Source of the DNA: Callorhinchus milii
Lineage: Eukaryota
Assembly: GCF_018977255.1 (NCBI RefSeq)
Contig: NW_024704742.1
Location: 5,148,001 to 5,212,000, forward strand
Length of the DNA: 64,000 nt
Direction: 5' to 3'
Part shown: positions 63,952 to 64,000 of the stretch, piece by piece
How positions within the stretch are numbered: the stretch's first letter is position 1
Layout: the number at the start of each line of letters is the position of its first letter
The notes under the pieces: generated by a model
The model's input: only the letters and a program-made list of their open reading frames with translations
What the model was told of the DNA's origin: nothing
The model's database searches: none
Program-made: the position numbers and the translations under genes

Positions 63952-64000
63952 TATTTCACTCTACAGTGATTCTTGTGGAGTGCTTTGAGTCATTTTGGCA

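Larger units (their letters stand above)
24250..64000 (+). other. SHB: SHB intron 1 (open-ended in this window)
   Basis: Begins GTGAGT after exon 1. No sequence encoding the expected next motifs (xDDYSDPFD, GYMEPYEAQ) was found by eye downstream. Confidence 0.65.

Overview
This is vertebrate genomic DNA, not prokaryotic. The SacSINE1/AmnSINE1-like DeuSINEs, the abundant tRNA-headed SINE with an L2-type tail, and the L2 and CR1 LINE debris point to a cartilaginous fish, probably a chimaera such as Callorhinchus (inferred from repeat content). The only host coding sequence I can support is the first coding exon of an SHB-family SH2 adaptor gene (+ strand, ATG 23659, donor after 24249). It sits in a ~5 kb microsatellite/minisatellite field and is followed by >39 kb of intron 1; I found no exon 2. 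Almost all other ORFs in the track are repeat-derived or spurious. I found no CRISPR array, rRNA, true tRNA gene or multi-gene novel system. The most interesting signals are: (1) a ~130-nt GC-rich intronic hairpin whose G-U pairs favour the sense strand (39054-39185); (2) an array of consensus 5' splice sites just downstream of the real donor; (3) a promoter-proximal SINE with strongly AT->GC-biased changes, suggesting a GC-biased gene conversion hotspot; (4) a solo LTR nested in a SINE with a 4-bp TSD; (5) compensatory covariation in the shared LINE/SINE 3' stem-loop and stepwise SINE subfamily evolution; (6) lineage-specific repeats replacing a conserved tyrosine motif in SHB. Repeat boundaries were read by eye and are approximate unless a TSD is given.
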